From Delftia acidovorans NBRC 14950 (GTDB lineage: Bacteria; Pseudomonadota; Gammaproteobacteria; Burkholderiales; Burkholderiaceae_C), in assembly GCF_001598795.1 (NCBI RefSeq), contig NZ_BCZP01000029.1:30001-62000 (forward strand): a DNA stretch of 32,000 bases, read 5' to 3'. Made by a program: the position numbers and the translations under genes. This document shows positions 8,519 through 16,994 of this stretch, piece after piece; the stretch's first letter is position 1, and each line of letters starts with the position of its first letter. Below the pieces are notes generated by a model that was not told the origin of the DNA, did no database searches, and was given only the letters and a program-made list of their open reading frames with translations.

Positions 8519-9715
8519 ATGCGATCCACACCCGACATCACCCCCCACCTCGGCTCCCTGCTGAAGTTCCGCCACGACCTGCATGCCAACCCCGAGTTGC
8601 GCTACGAGGAGCACCGCACCGGCGACAAGGTGGCGGCCTACCTGATGGCGCTGGGACTGCAGGTGCACCGCGGGCTGGGCAGGACCGGCGTGGTGGCAAG
8701 CATCCACGGCCGGGGGCGCAGCGCCGCCAACCCGGGCCGCAGCATCGGCATACGGGCCGACATGGATGCGTTGCCGGTGACGGAGCTCAACGCCTTCGGC
8801 CACGCCAGCCAGAACCCGGGCTGCATGCATGCCTGCGGCCATGACGGCCACACGACCATGCTGCTGGGCGCGGCCACGCTGCTGGCGCAGCAGCCGGATT
8901 TCGATGGATCGGTGCACCTGATCTTCCAGCCCGCCGAGGAAGGCGGCGCAGGCGCCAAGGCCATGATGGAGGACGGCCTGTTCGACCGCTTCCCCTGCGA
9001 GGCCGTGTTCGCGCTGCACAACTGGCCTGCCCTGCCCGCCGGCGAGATGGCGGTGCGCGTGGGGCCCATCATGGCCTCCACGCTGCGCTTCGAGATCCGC
9101 GTGCACGGCAAGGGCGGCCACGCGGCCATGCCCCACACCACGCTGGACCCGATTCCCGTGGCCTGCGCCATCGTCGGCCAGTTGCAGAGCCTGGTGTCGC
9201 GCAGCACCGATCCGCTGGACAGCGCCGTGCTCACCGTGGGCAAGATCACCAGCGGCACGGTGGAGAACATCATTCCCGACGAGGCCAGCATCTTCGGCAC
9301 GGTGCGCGCCCTCAGGACCGAGACGCAGCAGATGTTCATCGAAGGCATGCAGCGCATCAGCGAGCATGTGGCAGCGGCCCATCTGTGCCGCGCCGAGTTC
9401 ATTCTCAAGCCCGGCTATCCCAACACCACCAACCACGCGCACGAGGCCCGCTTCATGGCCGAGGTGATGCGCGAGGCGGTGGGCGAGGACCGCACCCACG
9501 CCGACATCCTGCCGGCCATGACGGCCGAGGACTTCGGCTTCATGCTGGAGGCCGTGCCCGGCGCCTATGGCTGGATAGGCAACGGCCCCGCCACGGGCGA
9601 GCCCGGCGTGGGCCTGCACAACCCCGGCTACGACTTCAACGACGATAACCTGGGGCGCGGCGCACGCTTCTGGGACCTGCTGGCGCGCCGCTGGCTGGAA
9701 CAGTCCAGGACCTGA
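8519..9715 (+). CDS. M20D-family amidohydrolase (hippurate hydrolase / N-acyl-L-amino-acid amidohydrolase type)
   Basis: LKFRHDLHANPELRYEE, IRADMDALP, HACGHDGH metal-binding motif and NPGYDFND C-terminal motif. 398 aa. Confidence 0.9.
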   Translation: MRSTPDITPHLGSLLKFRHDLHANPELRYEEHRTGDKVAAYLMALGLQVHRGLGRTGVVASIHGRGRSAANPGRSIGIRADMDALPVTELNAFGHASQNPGCMHACGHDGHTTMLLGAATLLAQQPDFDGSVHLIFQPAEEGGAGAKAMMEDGLFDRFPCEAVFALHNWPALPAGEMAVRVGPIMASTLRFEIRVHGKGGHAAMPHTTLDPIPVACAIVGQLQSLVSRSTDPLDSAVLTVGKITSGTVENIIPDEASIFGTVRALRTETQQMFIEGMQRISEHVAAAHLCRAEFILKPGYPNTTNHAHEARFMAEVMREAVGEDRTHADILPAMTAEDFGFMLEAVPGAYGWIGNGPATGEPGVGLHNPGYDFNDDNLGRGARFWDLLARRWLEQSRT

Positions 9716-9759
9716 ACGCCCTCACACGCAGGCTCTTGCGCTGGCCCTCACGCCGGCTT

Positions 9760-12078
9760 TCACACGCCGGCAGGCGCCCCCAGTTGCAGATCCACCCACT
9801 CGACCGCCGGCAGGGGCCGGCCGTAGTGGTAGCCCTGGAACAGCACGTCCTGATTCCAGGCCCGCAGCGTGCCGGCCTGCTCTTCGGTCTCCACTCCTTC
9901 GGCCACCACGCGCAGGCGCAGGCGTCTGGCCAGCAGCAGGATCGCCTCGACCATGGCGGCATTGCCCGGCGAGGTATGGCAGTCCTGCACAAAGGACTTG
10001 TCGATCTTGAGTTCACGGAACGGCAGCCGCTGCAGATAGGCCAGCGATGAATAACCGGTGCCGAAGTCGTCCAGCCCCATCTCCACGCCCAGCAGCTGCA
10101 GCTCGGCCATGCGCTCGCGCGCCTCGTCCACATCGCGCATGACCACGCTTTCGGTGACCTCCAGCGTGAGGCGGCGCGGGTCGGCCCCGGTTGCGGCCAG
10201 GGTGCGCTTGAGCTTGTCCACCACGTCGGGCTGGCGGAACTGCCGCCAGCTGACGTTGACCGACAGCCGCCAGCCCTGCTGCACGAACTCGGGCCGCACC
10301 AGCATGCGGCAGGCCTGCTCCAGCATCCAGTCGCCCAGTTGCACGATCAGGTCCGATTCCTCGGCCACGGCAATGAAATCACCGGGCTCGACCATGCCCA
10401 GGCGCGGATGGTTCCAGCGCACCAGCACCTCCGCGCCCACACAGCGCCCCATGTGGTCCACCTGGGACTGCAGATAGGGCTGCAGCTCGCCGGCAGGAAT
10501 GGCGCGGCGCAAGTCCTTTTCGATGCGAAAGCGCTTGCCCACGGCCTCGGCCATGTCGGGCTGGAAGATGACGACCTGGCCCAGCCCGGCCTGCTTGGCC
10601 TGGTGCAGGGCCACGCCCGCGCGGCGCAGCACATCGTGGCCACCGCTGTCGGTGCGCGAGGCGGCAAAGCTGGCCGCGCCAATGCTGCAGCTGGCCTGCA
10701 CTTCCTCGCCGGTTTCCTCCAGCCACAGCGGCCGCTCCAGCGCGTCCTGCAGCACCTGGGCCAGGGCGCGCATGTGCTGATCGACCTCGGCCGCCTCCTG
10801 GCCGGCCTTCTCCAGCAGCACGGCGAATTCATCGGCGCCCATGCGGGCCAGCAGCACGCCGTCGGGCAGGGCATCGGCCAGGCGCAGCGCCAGCGCGCCC
10901 AGCAGCGCATCGCCACGCACCGTGCCGCGCACATCGTTGAAGGCGGTGAAGCGGTCCATGTCCAGCAGCAGCAGGCCGTGGCGCGGCTCACCGCCCTTGC
11001 CGCCCTCGCGGAATTCACGTGCCAGCGCGCGCAGGCGCTGGGTCAGCGACAGGCGGTTGGGCAGGCCGGTGAGCGCGTCGAAATGCGCCAGTGCATGGAT
11101 CTGGCGTTCTGCGCGCATGCGCTCTGACAGGTCCTGCTTGAGCTCCACATAGTTGACGATGCTGCCATCCGAGGCGCGTATGGGCGCCACCAGCACGGCC
11201 TCGGGCAGGTCTTCGCCCTGGCGCGTGCGGTTGGTCATCTGGCCGCGCCACAGCGCGCCCCGGCCCAGCTGGTGCAAGGCCTCTTCCCAGGCCGGCGCGT
11301 CCAGGCCCATGGTGGAGTAGCGGTGCGTGGGCTGGCCCAGGACCTCGTTGCGCGCAAAGCCGGTGCGCTGCAAAAAGGCCTCGTTCACGTAGACGATGTT
11401 CTGGTGCACGTCGGTGATGACGATGCTTTCGGGGTTCTGCTCCACGGCGCGGTAGAACTTGCGCAGATCGTCCTGGTGCTGCTCCAGCGAGCCCAGTGTG
11501 TCCTGCAGTTCCTGGGCACGGCGGATCAGGCTGCGCCTTGCCATCAGCGTGACCGTGCCCGTCAGCCCCAGCATGCCCACGAAGTACAGCATGGAGAACA
11601 CGGGCGAGGTCTCGCGCTGGCCTATCCAGTCAACCCCCTCGCGGCCCGCCACCCAGAACGCGGCCATGGCCAGCACGGACAGCACCAGCATGGCCAGCGT
11701 GGTGCGCACGCCCAGCACCCAGGCGCACATAACGAGCAAGGCCGGAAAGGCCAGCACCGAGCTGCTTTGCACGCCGCCCGTGGCAGCCACCACGGTCACG
11801 GCTGCCACCCAGGTGCCCCAGACCAGAAGATTGGAGGCCAGCCTCCAGTGCCGGCGCCAGCCCAGCAGCACGGCGCCGAAGCTCACGCCGGCGGCAACCA
11901 GGTTCAGCCGCACGCTGGGCCAGGGAACGGGGTCCTGCGTCAGAAGCGCCATGGCCAGGAGCACGGTGAGGCTGGTGATCCATAGGCTGCCGACCAGAAC
12001 GACCCGGCGCAGGGACAAATGGATTTCCGCCTCGACTCGATGACGCCGCATGAAAAAGCCCCAACAGAGAAAGAACAC
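9760..12078 (-). CDS. Membrane-anchored PAS-GGDEF-EAL signalling protein (c-di-GMP turnover); alternative start at 12051
   Basis: N-terminal ~190 aa contain multiple TM helices, followed by a PAS domain (PESIVITDVHQNIVYVNEAFLQRTGF). The GGDEF domain has the signature GADEF. The EAL domain has EVL, EVTES, DDFGTGYSS, ELKIDKSF and EGVE motifs. Confidence 0.9.
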   Translation of the reverse strand: MFFLCWGFFMRRHRVEAEIHLSLRRVVLVGSLWITSLTVLLAMALLTQDPVPWPSVRLNLVAAGVSFGAVLLGWRRHWRLASNLLVWGTWVAAVTVVAATGGVQSSSVLAFPALLVMCAWVLGVRTTLAMLVLSVLAMAAFWVAGREGVDWIGQRETSPVFSMLYFVGMLGLTGTVTLMARRSLIRRAQELQDTLGSLEQHQDDLRKFYRAVEQNPESIVITDVHQNIVYVNEAFLQRTGFARNEVLGQPTHRYSTMGLDAPAWEEALHQLGRGALWRGQMTNRTRQGEDLPEAVLVAPIRASDGSIVNYVELKQDLSERMRAERQIHALAHFDALTGLPNRLSLTQRLRALAREFREGGKGGEPRHGLLLLDMDRFTAFNDVRGTVRGDALLGALALRLADALPDGVLLARMGADEFAVLLEKAGQEAAEVDQHMRALAQVLQDALERPLWLEETGEEVQASCSIGAASFAASRTDSGGHDVLRRAGVALHQAKQAGLGQVVIFQPDMAEAVGKRFRIEKDLRRAIPAGELQPYLQSQVDHMGRCVGAEVLVRWNHPRLGMVEPGDFIAVAEESDLIVQLGDWMLEQACRMLVRPEFVQQGWRLSVNVSWRQFRQPDVVDKLKRTLAATGADPRRLTLEVTESVVMRDVDEARERMAELQLLGVEMGLDDFGTGYSSLAYLQRLPFRELKIDKSFVQDCHTSPGNAAMVEAILLLARRLRLRVVAEGVETEEQAGTLRAWNQDVLFQGYHYGRPLPAVEWVDLQLGAPAGV

Positions 12079-12187
12079 TCAACATGCTAGCGGTCGGCGC
12101 CGCCTGCGGCTGTGGTGGTTGTGCCACCGCCCCGGTCGGACGCCCTCTTGCACCAAACGGGGTATGCCGGCGCCGGCCGGCGGTGCC

Positions 12188-13141
12188 TCAGGGCGCGCTT
12201 TTGCGCTCGCGCGGGGGGCGCTTGCGCGCCTTGCTGGCGTCCTTGCGCGCCTGGCGCTCGGCATCGCGTTCCTGGCCCACGGCCAGCCACTGCGCGTATT
12301 CGTCGGGCGTCTCCAGCGTGATGCGGCCCAGGATCGCTCCGCGGAAATCCGTGAGCACCAGCTCGGCAGCTTTTTGCAGATTGACACGTCCGCCGCTCAT
12401 CATTGCGCCGCGGCGCCGGCCGATGGCGTCCAGCAGTTCGTCGTCATGCAGGGCTGCAATGCGTTCGTTGTCCAGGCCCAGCTTGTAGCGCGCCTCCAGC
12501 AGGTCCGCGTAGTTCTTCTGCAGATAGCCCAGCAGCTCCAGCGCCACCAGTTCCTCGTCATAGGCGTTGCGGCCCACGGCGCCGCTGGCGGCCAGGTTGT
12601 AGCCGCTTTGCTCGACGATGATGCGCGGCCACAGCATGCCGGGCGTGTCCCAGAGGTAGAAGTCGTCGGCCAGCACGATGCGCTGCTCCAGCTTGGTGAT
12701 GCCGGCCTCGTCCCCCGTCTTGGCCTGCCGCTTGCCGCTCATGGAGTTGATCAGCGTGGACTTGCCCACGTTGGGAATGCCGCAGATCAGCACGCGCATG
12801 GGCTTGGCCATGCCGCCACGGTTGGGGGCCAGCAGCTTGCAGGCCTCGATCAGCCGGCGCGTGGGCGCGGGCTCGGAAGCGTCCAGCGCAATGGCGCGCG
12901 TGTCGCTCTGGGCGTTGTACCAGTCCAGCCACAGCGGCGTGCGCGCGGCATCGGCCAGGTCCTGCTTGTTGAGCACCTGCAGGCGCGGCTTGTGGCCCGT
13001 CAGCTCCTGCAGCAGCGGGTTGCTGCTCGACCCCGGCAGGCGCGCATCCAGCACTTCGATGACCACATCGATTTCCTTGACGCGCTCGGTGATCACCTTG
13101 CGCGTGAGATTCATGTGACCGGGGAACCACTGTATGGCCAT
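12188..13141 (-). CDS. ylqF: Ribosome biogenesis GTPase A (YlqF/RbgA), circularly permuted GTPase
   Basis: Start at MAIQWFPGHM (complement of 13139-13141). Permuted motif order: G4 NKQDL, then G1 GIPNVGKST, then DTPG. Ends in a basic C-terminal tail. Confidence 0.9.
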   Translation of the reverse strand: MAIQWFPGHMNLTRKVITERVKEIDVVIEVLDARLPGSSSNPLLQELTGHKPRLQVLNKQDLADAARTPLWLDWYNAQSDTRAIALDASEPAPTRRLIEACKLLAPNRGGMAKPMRVLICGIPNVGKSTLINSMSGKRQAKTGDEAGITKLEQRIVLADDFYLWDTPGMLWPRIIVEQSGYNLAASGAVGRNAYDEELVALELLGYLQKNYADLLEARYKLGLDNERIAALHDDELLDAIGRRRGAMMSGGRVNLQKAAELVLTDFRGAILGRITLETPDEYAQWLAVGQERDAERQARKDASKARKRPPRERKSAP

Positions 13142-13308
13142 GGGATTACTTTCTGGGAAACGGGGGAACTGGCAGGGGCGCAAGGATAATTCATGGCTTG
13201 CGCAGACAGGATGGAACAGCGCGCTGCGCCCCAGCGCAAACCGCAGGCTTCATTCTTTCTTGCGCAAGCCGCAATTGTCCCCCGCTTTTACGCCCCGCCT
13301 CACTGCCT

Positions 13309-13551
13309 ATGTCCTTGCCCGATACCGCCTCTTCCCGCTCCGCCTCGCGCAAGGCCGACATCGAACTGTTGATCAAGGGAGTGACCTGCGCCGTGATCGG
13401 CCTGGTGATTCTGCTGGCGCCGCAGTTCATGGCACCCGGGGGCATCGTGCAGATGATGGCCCAGTCGTACCTGGTCGGCTGGTTCGCCCTGCTGCTGGGC
13501 ACGGCCTTCATCGTGCTGTTTGTGGTGCGCCGCAGCAAGGCGCGGCGCTGA
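13309..13551 (+). CDS. Small membrane protein (2 predicted TM helices), unknown function
   Basis: ATG at 13309 gives 80 aa with two hydrophobic stretches (LIKGVTCAVIGLVILLAP and LVGWFALLLGTAFIVLFVV) and a basic C-terminus. The stop lies 2 nt before the next start. No homology recognised. Confidence 0.5.
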   Translation: MSLPDTASSRSASRKADIELLIKGVTCAVIGLVILLAPQFMAPGGIVQMMAQSYLVGWFALLLGTAFIVLFVVRRSKARR

Positions 13552-13553
13552 GC

Positions 13554-13766
13554 ATGGTGCAGGGCCCGCTGGAGCAGGCTCTGTCGCAGATCGGGCTTTG
13601 GCAGCAGCGCGCCCAGGCTGCAGGCATTGCACTGCGCCCGGCGCCGCCCCAGCCCACCAGTTGCTGCGGTCGCGGCTGCAACGGCTGCGTCTGGGAAGGC
13701 TTCTACGACGCCGTGCTGTTCTGGTGCGAGGATGCAGGCCAGGCCCTGAGCGGCGGACCTGGCTGA
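13554..13766 (+). CDS. Oxidoreductase-like (Oxidored-like, PF09791-type) small Cys-rich protein
   Basis: 70 aa starting MVQGPLEQAL, with the signature PTSCCGRGCNGCVWEGFYDAV (CCGxGCxxCVW). In frame within the long spurious ORF 13134..13766. Confidence 0.65.
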   Translation: MVQGPLEQALSQIGLWQQRAQAAGIALRPAPPQPTSCCGRGCNGCVWEGFYDAVLFWCEDAGQALSGGPG

Positions 13767-13773
13767 GGCACGG

Positions 13774-15303
13774 TCAGCGCAGGTTCTCGGGCGACATGTA
13801 GCGCAGGCGCCATTCCTCGAAGGACAGCGTGTCTGCGGCCTCGATGTCGCGCTGGTCCTGCACGGACTGCGCCGACCATTGCTCGAAGCGCTGCTGCTGC
13901 GCCTGGCTCCAGGGCAGGGCCAGCAGCGAATCGCGGGCCTGCTCGGAACGGGCCAGCGTGAAGCGCGAGAAGCTGTTGCCGTACTCGCCCGTCAGCTCGC
14001 CCAGCACATGGGCCGACGGCGTGCGCTCGGGATGCTCCAGGCGTTCCAGCGCCTGGGCCAGCGCGGCACTGTAATCCTGCGTGCCGTGCGTGCTGTCCAG
14101 TGCCTGGGCATAGGGGCGGCACTGGTCCAGCACTTCATGGGCCCAGTCGCGCAGCGGCACCTCGCGGCCCGCGCGCACCAGCTGCAGGCCGGGCTCGCGG
14201 CCACGCTCGGCGGTCAGGTGCTGGTTGTGCTTGAGTTCGGCGATCTCGGCCGGCGTATCGGGCGGGCTGTCGGCATTCAGGCAGTGCAGCAGGAACACGT
14301 CCAGCATGCGCATGGTGGGGGCGGCAATGCCCACATCCTCGAAGGGATCGAGGTCCATCAGGCGCACTTCCACATACTCCACTCCGCGCTCGCGCAGGGC
14401 ATGCAGCGGGCGCTCGCCACGGCTGACGGTGCGCTTGGGGCGGATGGTGCCGTAGAACTCGTTCTCGATCTGCAGCAGACCCGTGCCCAGCTGGTTGTAG
14501 TCGCCGCCCGGATTGCGCACGCCCAGCATCTCGTAGGCCGGGTAGGGATGGGTCAGCGCCTCATGCAGCGAATTCGCATAGCCTTCCAGGCCGTTGTAGC
14601 TGACGTTGATGCTGGCCTGCGCATCGCTCTGGTAGCCCAGGCGGCCCATGCGCAGCGAGGTGGCATGGGGCAGGTACAGCGCCTGGCCCGTATTGCCCAG
14701 CGGCTTCAGGCCATGCTCGCGCCCCTCGACGAAACAGGGACACAGCGCGGGCGATGCGCCGTACAGATACAGCAGCACGAAGGCATGGCGCCGGAAATTG
14801 CGGATCAGCGAGAAATACTGGTCGCTGGTCACGCCGGGCAGCGACCAGTTGTAGTGGATGCCCGAAATCGTCTGCATGCGCCGGCCATAGCGATGGCCCA
14901 GGCCCATGCGGTACACGCTCTTGGATCGGCCCGAATGCGAGGAGCCATAGCGCGCCAGCGGAATCGTCTCGTCCGTGGGCAGCTGGCAGGGCATGCTGGA
15001 CGACCACAGCATCTCGCCGCCCGCATCGCGCAGGCTGCGCAGCACGAACTGGTGGATCTGCACCAGCTCGTCCAGGCATTCCTGCACGCCCAGGCGCGCG
15101 CCCGTGATCAGCTCGATCTGCGATTCGCTGTAGTCGGTGGTGATGTGCGGATGCGTGAGCGCCGAGCCCAGTGCCAGGGGATGCGGCGTCAGCGCCAGGC
15201 TGCCGGAAGGCAGCACGCGCAGGCCCTCCTTTTCTATGCCACGGCGTATGCCCTTGAGCCGCTGGGGATCGGGAACCGCCATGGATGCCTGCGATGTTTT
15301 CAT
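13774..15303 (-). CDS. gshA: Glutamate-cysteine ligase (E. coli type)
   Basis: LKGIRRGIEKEGLRV...LGSALTHPHITTDYSESQIELITG is colinear with the E. coli GshA N-terminus. 509 aa. Alternative start at Met8 (15282). Confidence 0.92.
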   Translation of the reverse strand: MKTSQASMAVPDPQRLKGIRRGIEKEGLRVLPSGSLALTPHPLALGSALTHPHITTDYSESQIELITGARLGVQECLDELVQIHQFVLRSLRDAGGEMLWSSSMPCQLPTDETIPLARYGSSHSGRSKSVYRMGLGHRYGRRMQTISGIHYNWSLPGVTSDQYFSLIRNFRRHAFVLLYLYGASPALCPCFVEGREHGLKPLGNTGQALYLPHATSLRMGRLGYQSDAQASINVSYNGLEGYANSLHEALTHPYPAYEMLGVRNPGGDYNQLGTGLLQIENEFYGTIRPKRTVSRGERPLHALRERGVEYVEVRLMDLDPFEDVGIAAPTMRMLDVFLLHCLNADSPPDTPAEIAELKHNQHLTAERGREPGLQLVRAGREVPLRDWAHEVLDQCRPYAQALDSTHGTQDYSAALAQALERLEHPERTPSAHVLGELTGEYGNSFSRFTLARSEQARDSLLALPWSQAQQQRFEQWSAQSVQDQRDIEAADTLSFEEWRLRYMSPENLR

Positions 15304-15501
15304 TCTTGTTTACCGATTCGTTGATGGGCACCGGCCCACACGGAAACCACCAGGATTCCCGGCGGACCCGACCCGGACGCCGAATGATAGAGAAACGGCA
15401 GGAAACGCGATGGCGCCTGTCCGCTTAACCACGCGTTTTGGCCTGTTGCCCCGCATGGCATCGCCGCGAGCGAAAGGAATATGTCAGAGTTTCGCCCTCC
15501 A

Positions 15502-15541
15502 GGCCGGCCCTGCCTTGACGCCGGGCAAGGGCAGGCCGGCC
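15502..15541 (-). terminator. GC-rich imperfect hairpin downstream of the SDR gene (possible terminator or REP-like element; no U-tract)
   Basis: GGCCGGCCCTGCCTTG ... CAAGGGCAGGCCGGCC form a ~15-bp stem with single-base offsets and an 8-nt loop, 33 nt past the SDR stop. There is no T-run on either strand. Confidence 0.3.
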
Positions 15542-15573
15542 AGCGGTGAAATCACTTGCCGGCCTCCGCTTCA

Positions 15574-16482
15574 TCAACGGGCAGCGGCCATGGCCTTGCC
15601 CACCTCCAGCGTGCCCTGCGCGGCGCCGCTGGCGGGCACCTGTTCGCCGCTGCGGTCCAGCACCTGGGCCAGTTGCGCAGCCAGTTGCTCCGGCACCTGG
15701 TCGCCCCGGCCCAGATACACGCCTTCGGTCAGCGTGATGAAGGCCGCCTCGAAGCCGCCCGCGCCTGCGCACAGCGTGGTACGTGTGGGCGCACTTTCGT
15801 GGGCCAGCACCAGCATGGCGGGCACCACGGCCTCGGGCTTGAGGGCGGCCAGCACGGCCTCGGGCATCAGGCCTTCGGTCATGCGGGTGGCCGCCGTGGG
15901 GGCCAGCGCATTCACATGGATGCCGTGCTTGGCGCCTTCGATGGCCAGCGTCTGCATGAGGCCGACCTGGGCCAGCTTGGCCGCGCCGTAGTTGGCCTGG
16001 CCGAAGTTGCCATACAGGCCCGTGGACGAGGTGGTCATCACGATGCGCCCGTAGTTCTGCGCCTGCATGTGCGGCCACACGGCCTTGCAGCAATGCGCGG
16101 CGCCCATCAGGTGCACTTCCACCACCAGGCGGAAATCATCCATGTCCATCTTGGCGAAGCTCTTGTCGCGCAGGATGCCGGCGTTGTTGACCAGGATGTC
16201 CACGCGGCCCCAGGCATCGACGGCCTGCTGCACCATGGCCTGCACGGCCGCGAAATCGGTGACCGATGCGCCGTTGGCCAGCGCCTGGCCGCCCGCCGCG
16301 CGGATCTCGTCCACCACGGCCTGGGCCGCCGTGGTCGAGCCGCCGCTGCCATCGACCGCGCCGCCCAGATCATTGACCAGCACCTTGGCGCCGCGCGCCG
16401 CCAGCGCCAGCGCATGCAGACGCCCCAGGCCGCCGCCGGCCCCCGTCACGATGGCCACGCGGCCCTCAAACTCAATCGCCAT
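15574..16482 (-). CDS. SDR-family oxidoreductase (MFE-2 / 3-hydroxyacyl-CoA dehydrogenase-like)
   Basis: VAIVTGAGGGLGR cofactor motif, NNAG and catalytic YGAAK. AAGGGAG Shine-Dalgarno on the coding strand upstream of the ATG at 16482. Confidence 0.9.
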   Translation of the reverse strand: MAIEFEGRVAIVTGAGGGLGRLHALALAARGAKVLVNDLGGAVDGSGGSTTAAQAVVDEIRAAGGQALANGASVTDFAAVQAMVQQAVDAWGRVDILVNNAGILRDKSFAKMDMDDFRLVVEVHLMGAAHCCKAVWPHMQAQNYGRIVMTTSSTGLYGNFGQANYGAAKLAQVGLMQTLAIEGAKHGIHVNALAPTAATRMTEGLMPEAVLAALKPEAVVPAMLVLAHESAPTRTTLCAGAGGFEAAFITLTEGVYLGRGDQVPEQLAAQLAQVLDRSGEQVPASGAAQGTLEVGKAMAAAR

Positions 16483-16638
16483 GGAGATGCTCCCTTTGTT
16501 GCATTGGATGCCGGCTCCGCCCGCCGGATGGCTAGGCGCCGGTCACCCAGCAATGTAGACGGACGCCGCCTTCATTCCGGTTGCCCAAGCGACTGCGGCA
16601 GGGCCGCCAGCCTTGTCCCCACCATTGCGTGACAAGCC

Positions 16639-16647
16639 TGTGGACAA
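16639..16647 (-). promoter_or_regulatory. DnaA-box-like 9-mer TTGTCCACA
   Basis: The plus strand reads TGTGGACAA. This is one mismatch from TTATCCACA and identical to the high-GC-type box TTGTCCACA. Confidence 0.45.
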
Positions 16648-16680
16648 CCATGTGCTGGCCCGGGACTGGTGATCCAAGCG

Positions 16681-16728
16681 GTTGTTTTGAATGGATTTTT
16701 TTCTTTTGCCTATTTTTTAATCAAATCC
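16681..16728. other. AT-rich (T-rich on the plus strand) tract, DUE-like
   Basis: GTTGTTTTGAATGGATTTTTTTCTTTTGCCTATTTTTTAATCAAATCC is by far the most AT-rich stretch of the window. It is flanked by DnaA-box-like sites at 16639 and 16723. Confidence 0.4.
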
Positions 16729-16808
16729 ACAAGTCGTCTGCCCGACTTATCCCGTCTCACCCTGAACAATCTTGTGAACAACTTTCACAGCGGGCGGGAT
16801 AAGCCAGA

Positions 16809-16821
16809 CAAGTCATTGATT
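16809..16821 (-). promoter_or_regulatory. IHF consensus site (AATCAATGACTTG = WATCAANNNNTTR)
   Basis: Plus strand CAAGTCATTGATT is a perfect match to the reverse complement of WATCAANNNNTTR. A T-rich segment lies 5' of the site on the matching strand, as in good IHF sites. Confidence 0.45.
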
Positions 16822-16889
16822 CAAAAGGAAAACATGCAGCCCGCTTAAAAAACAGGCAGAAGACCCCGGATTTTCGGGCTGCGTCCCGC

Positions 16890-16898
16890 TTATCCACC
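16890..16898 (+). promoter_or_regulatory. DnaA-box-like 9-mer TTATCCACC
   Basis: One mismatch (the last base) from TTATCCACA. Confidence 0.45.
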
Positions 16899-16945
16899 GC
16901 GCAACCCGCATGTACGCATTTACCCCCATTCGGACTGGACAAGCA

Positions 16946-16954
16946 TGTGGACAA
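16946..16954 (-). promoter_or_regulatory. DnaA-box-like 9-mer TTGTCCACA
   Basis: The plus strand reads TGTGGACAA. It is the second half of the phased pair GGACAAGC-ATGT-GGACAAGC (16937-16956). Confidence 0.45.
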
Positions 16955-16981
16955 GCGGCTGCAACGGCCTGATTTCGCGGT

Positions 16982-16994
16982 TAAGTCATTGATT
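16982..16994 (-). promoter_or_regulatory. IHF consensus site (AATCAATGACTTA = WATCAANNNNTTR)
   Basis: Plus strand TAAGTCATTGATT is a perfect consensus match. It shares the 11-mer AAGTCATTGAT with the site at 16809-16821. Confidence 0.45.

Noticed and set aside
8519-8530. DnaA-box-like CGATCCACA at the start codon of the M20 amidohydrolase
   Set aside because: It is an isolated, 2-mismatch match inside a coding start with no neighbouring boxes, which is consistent with chance.
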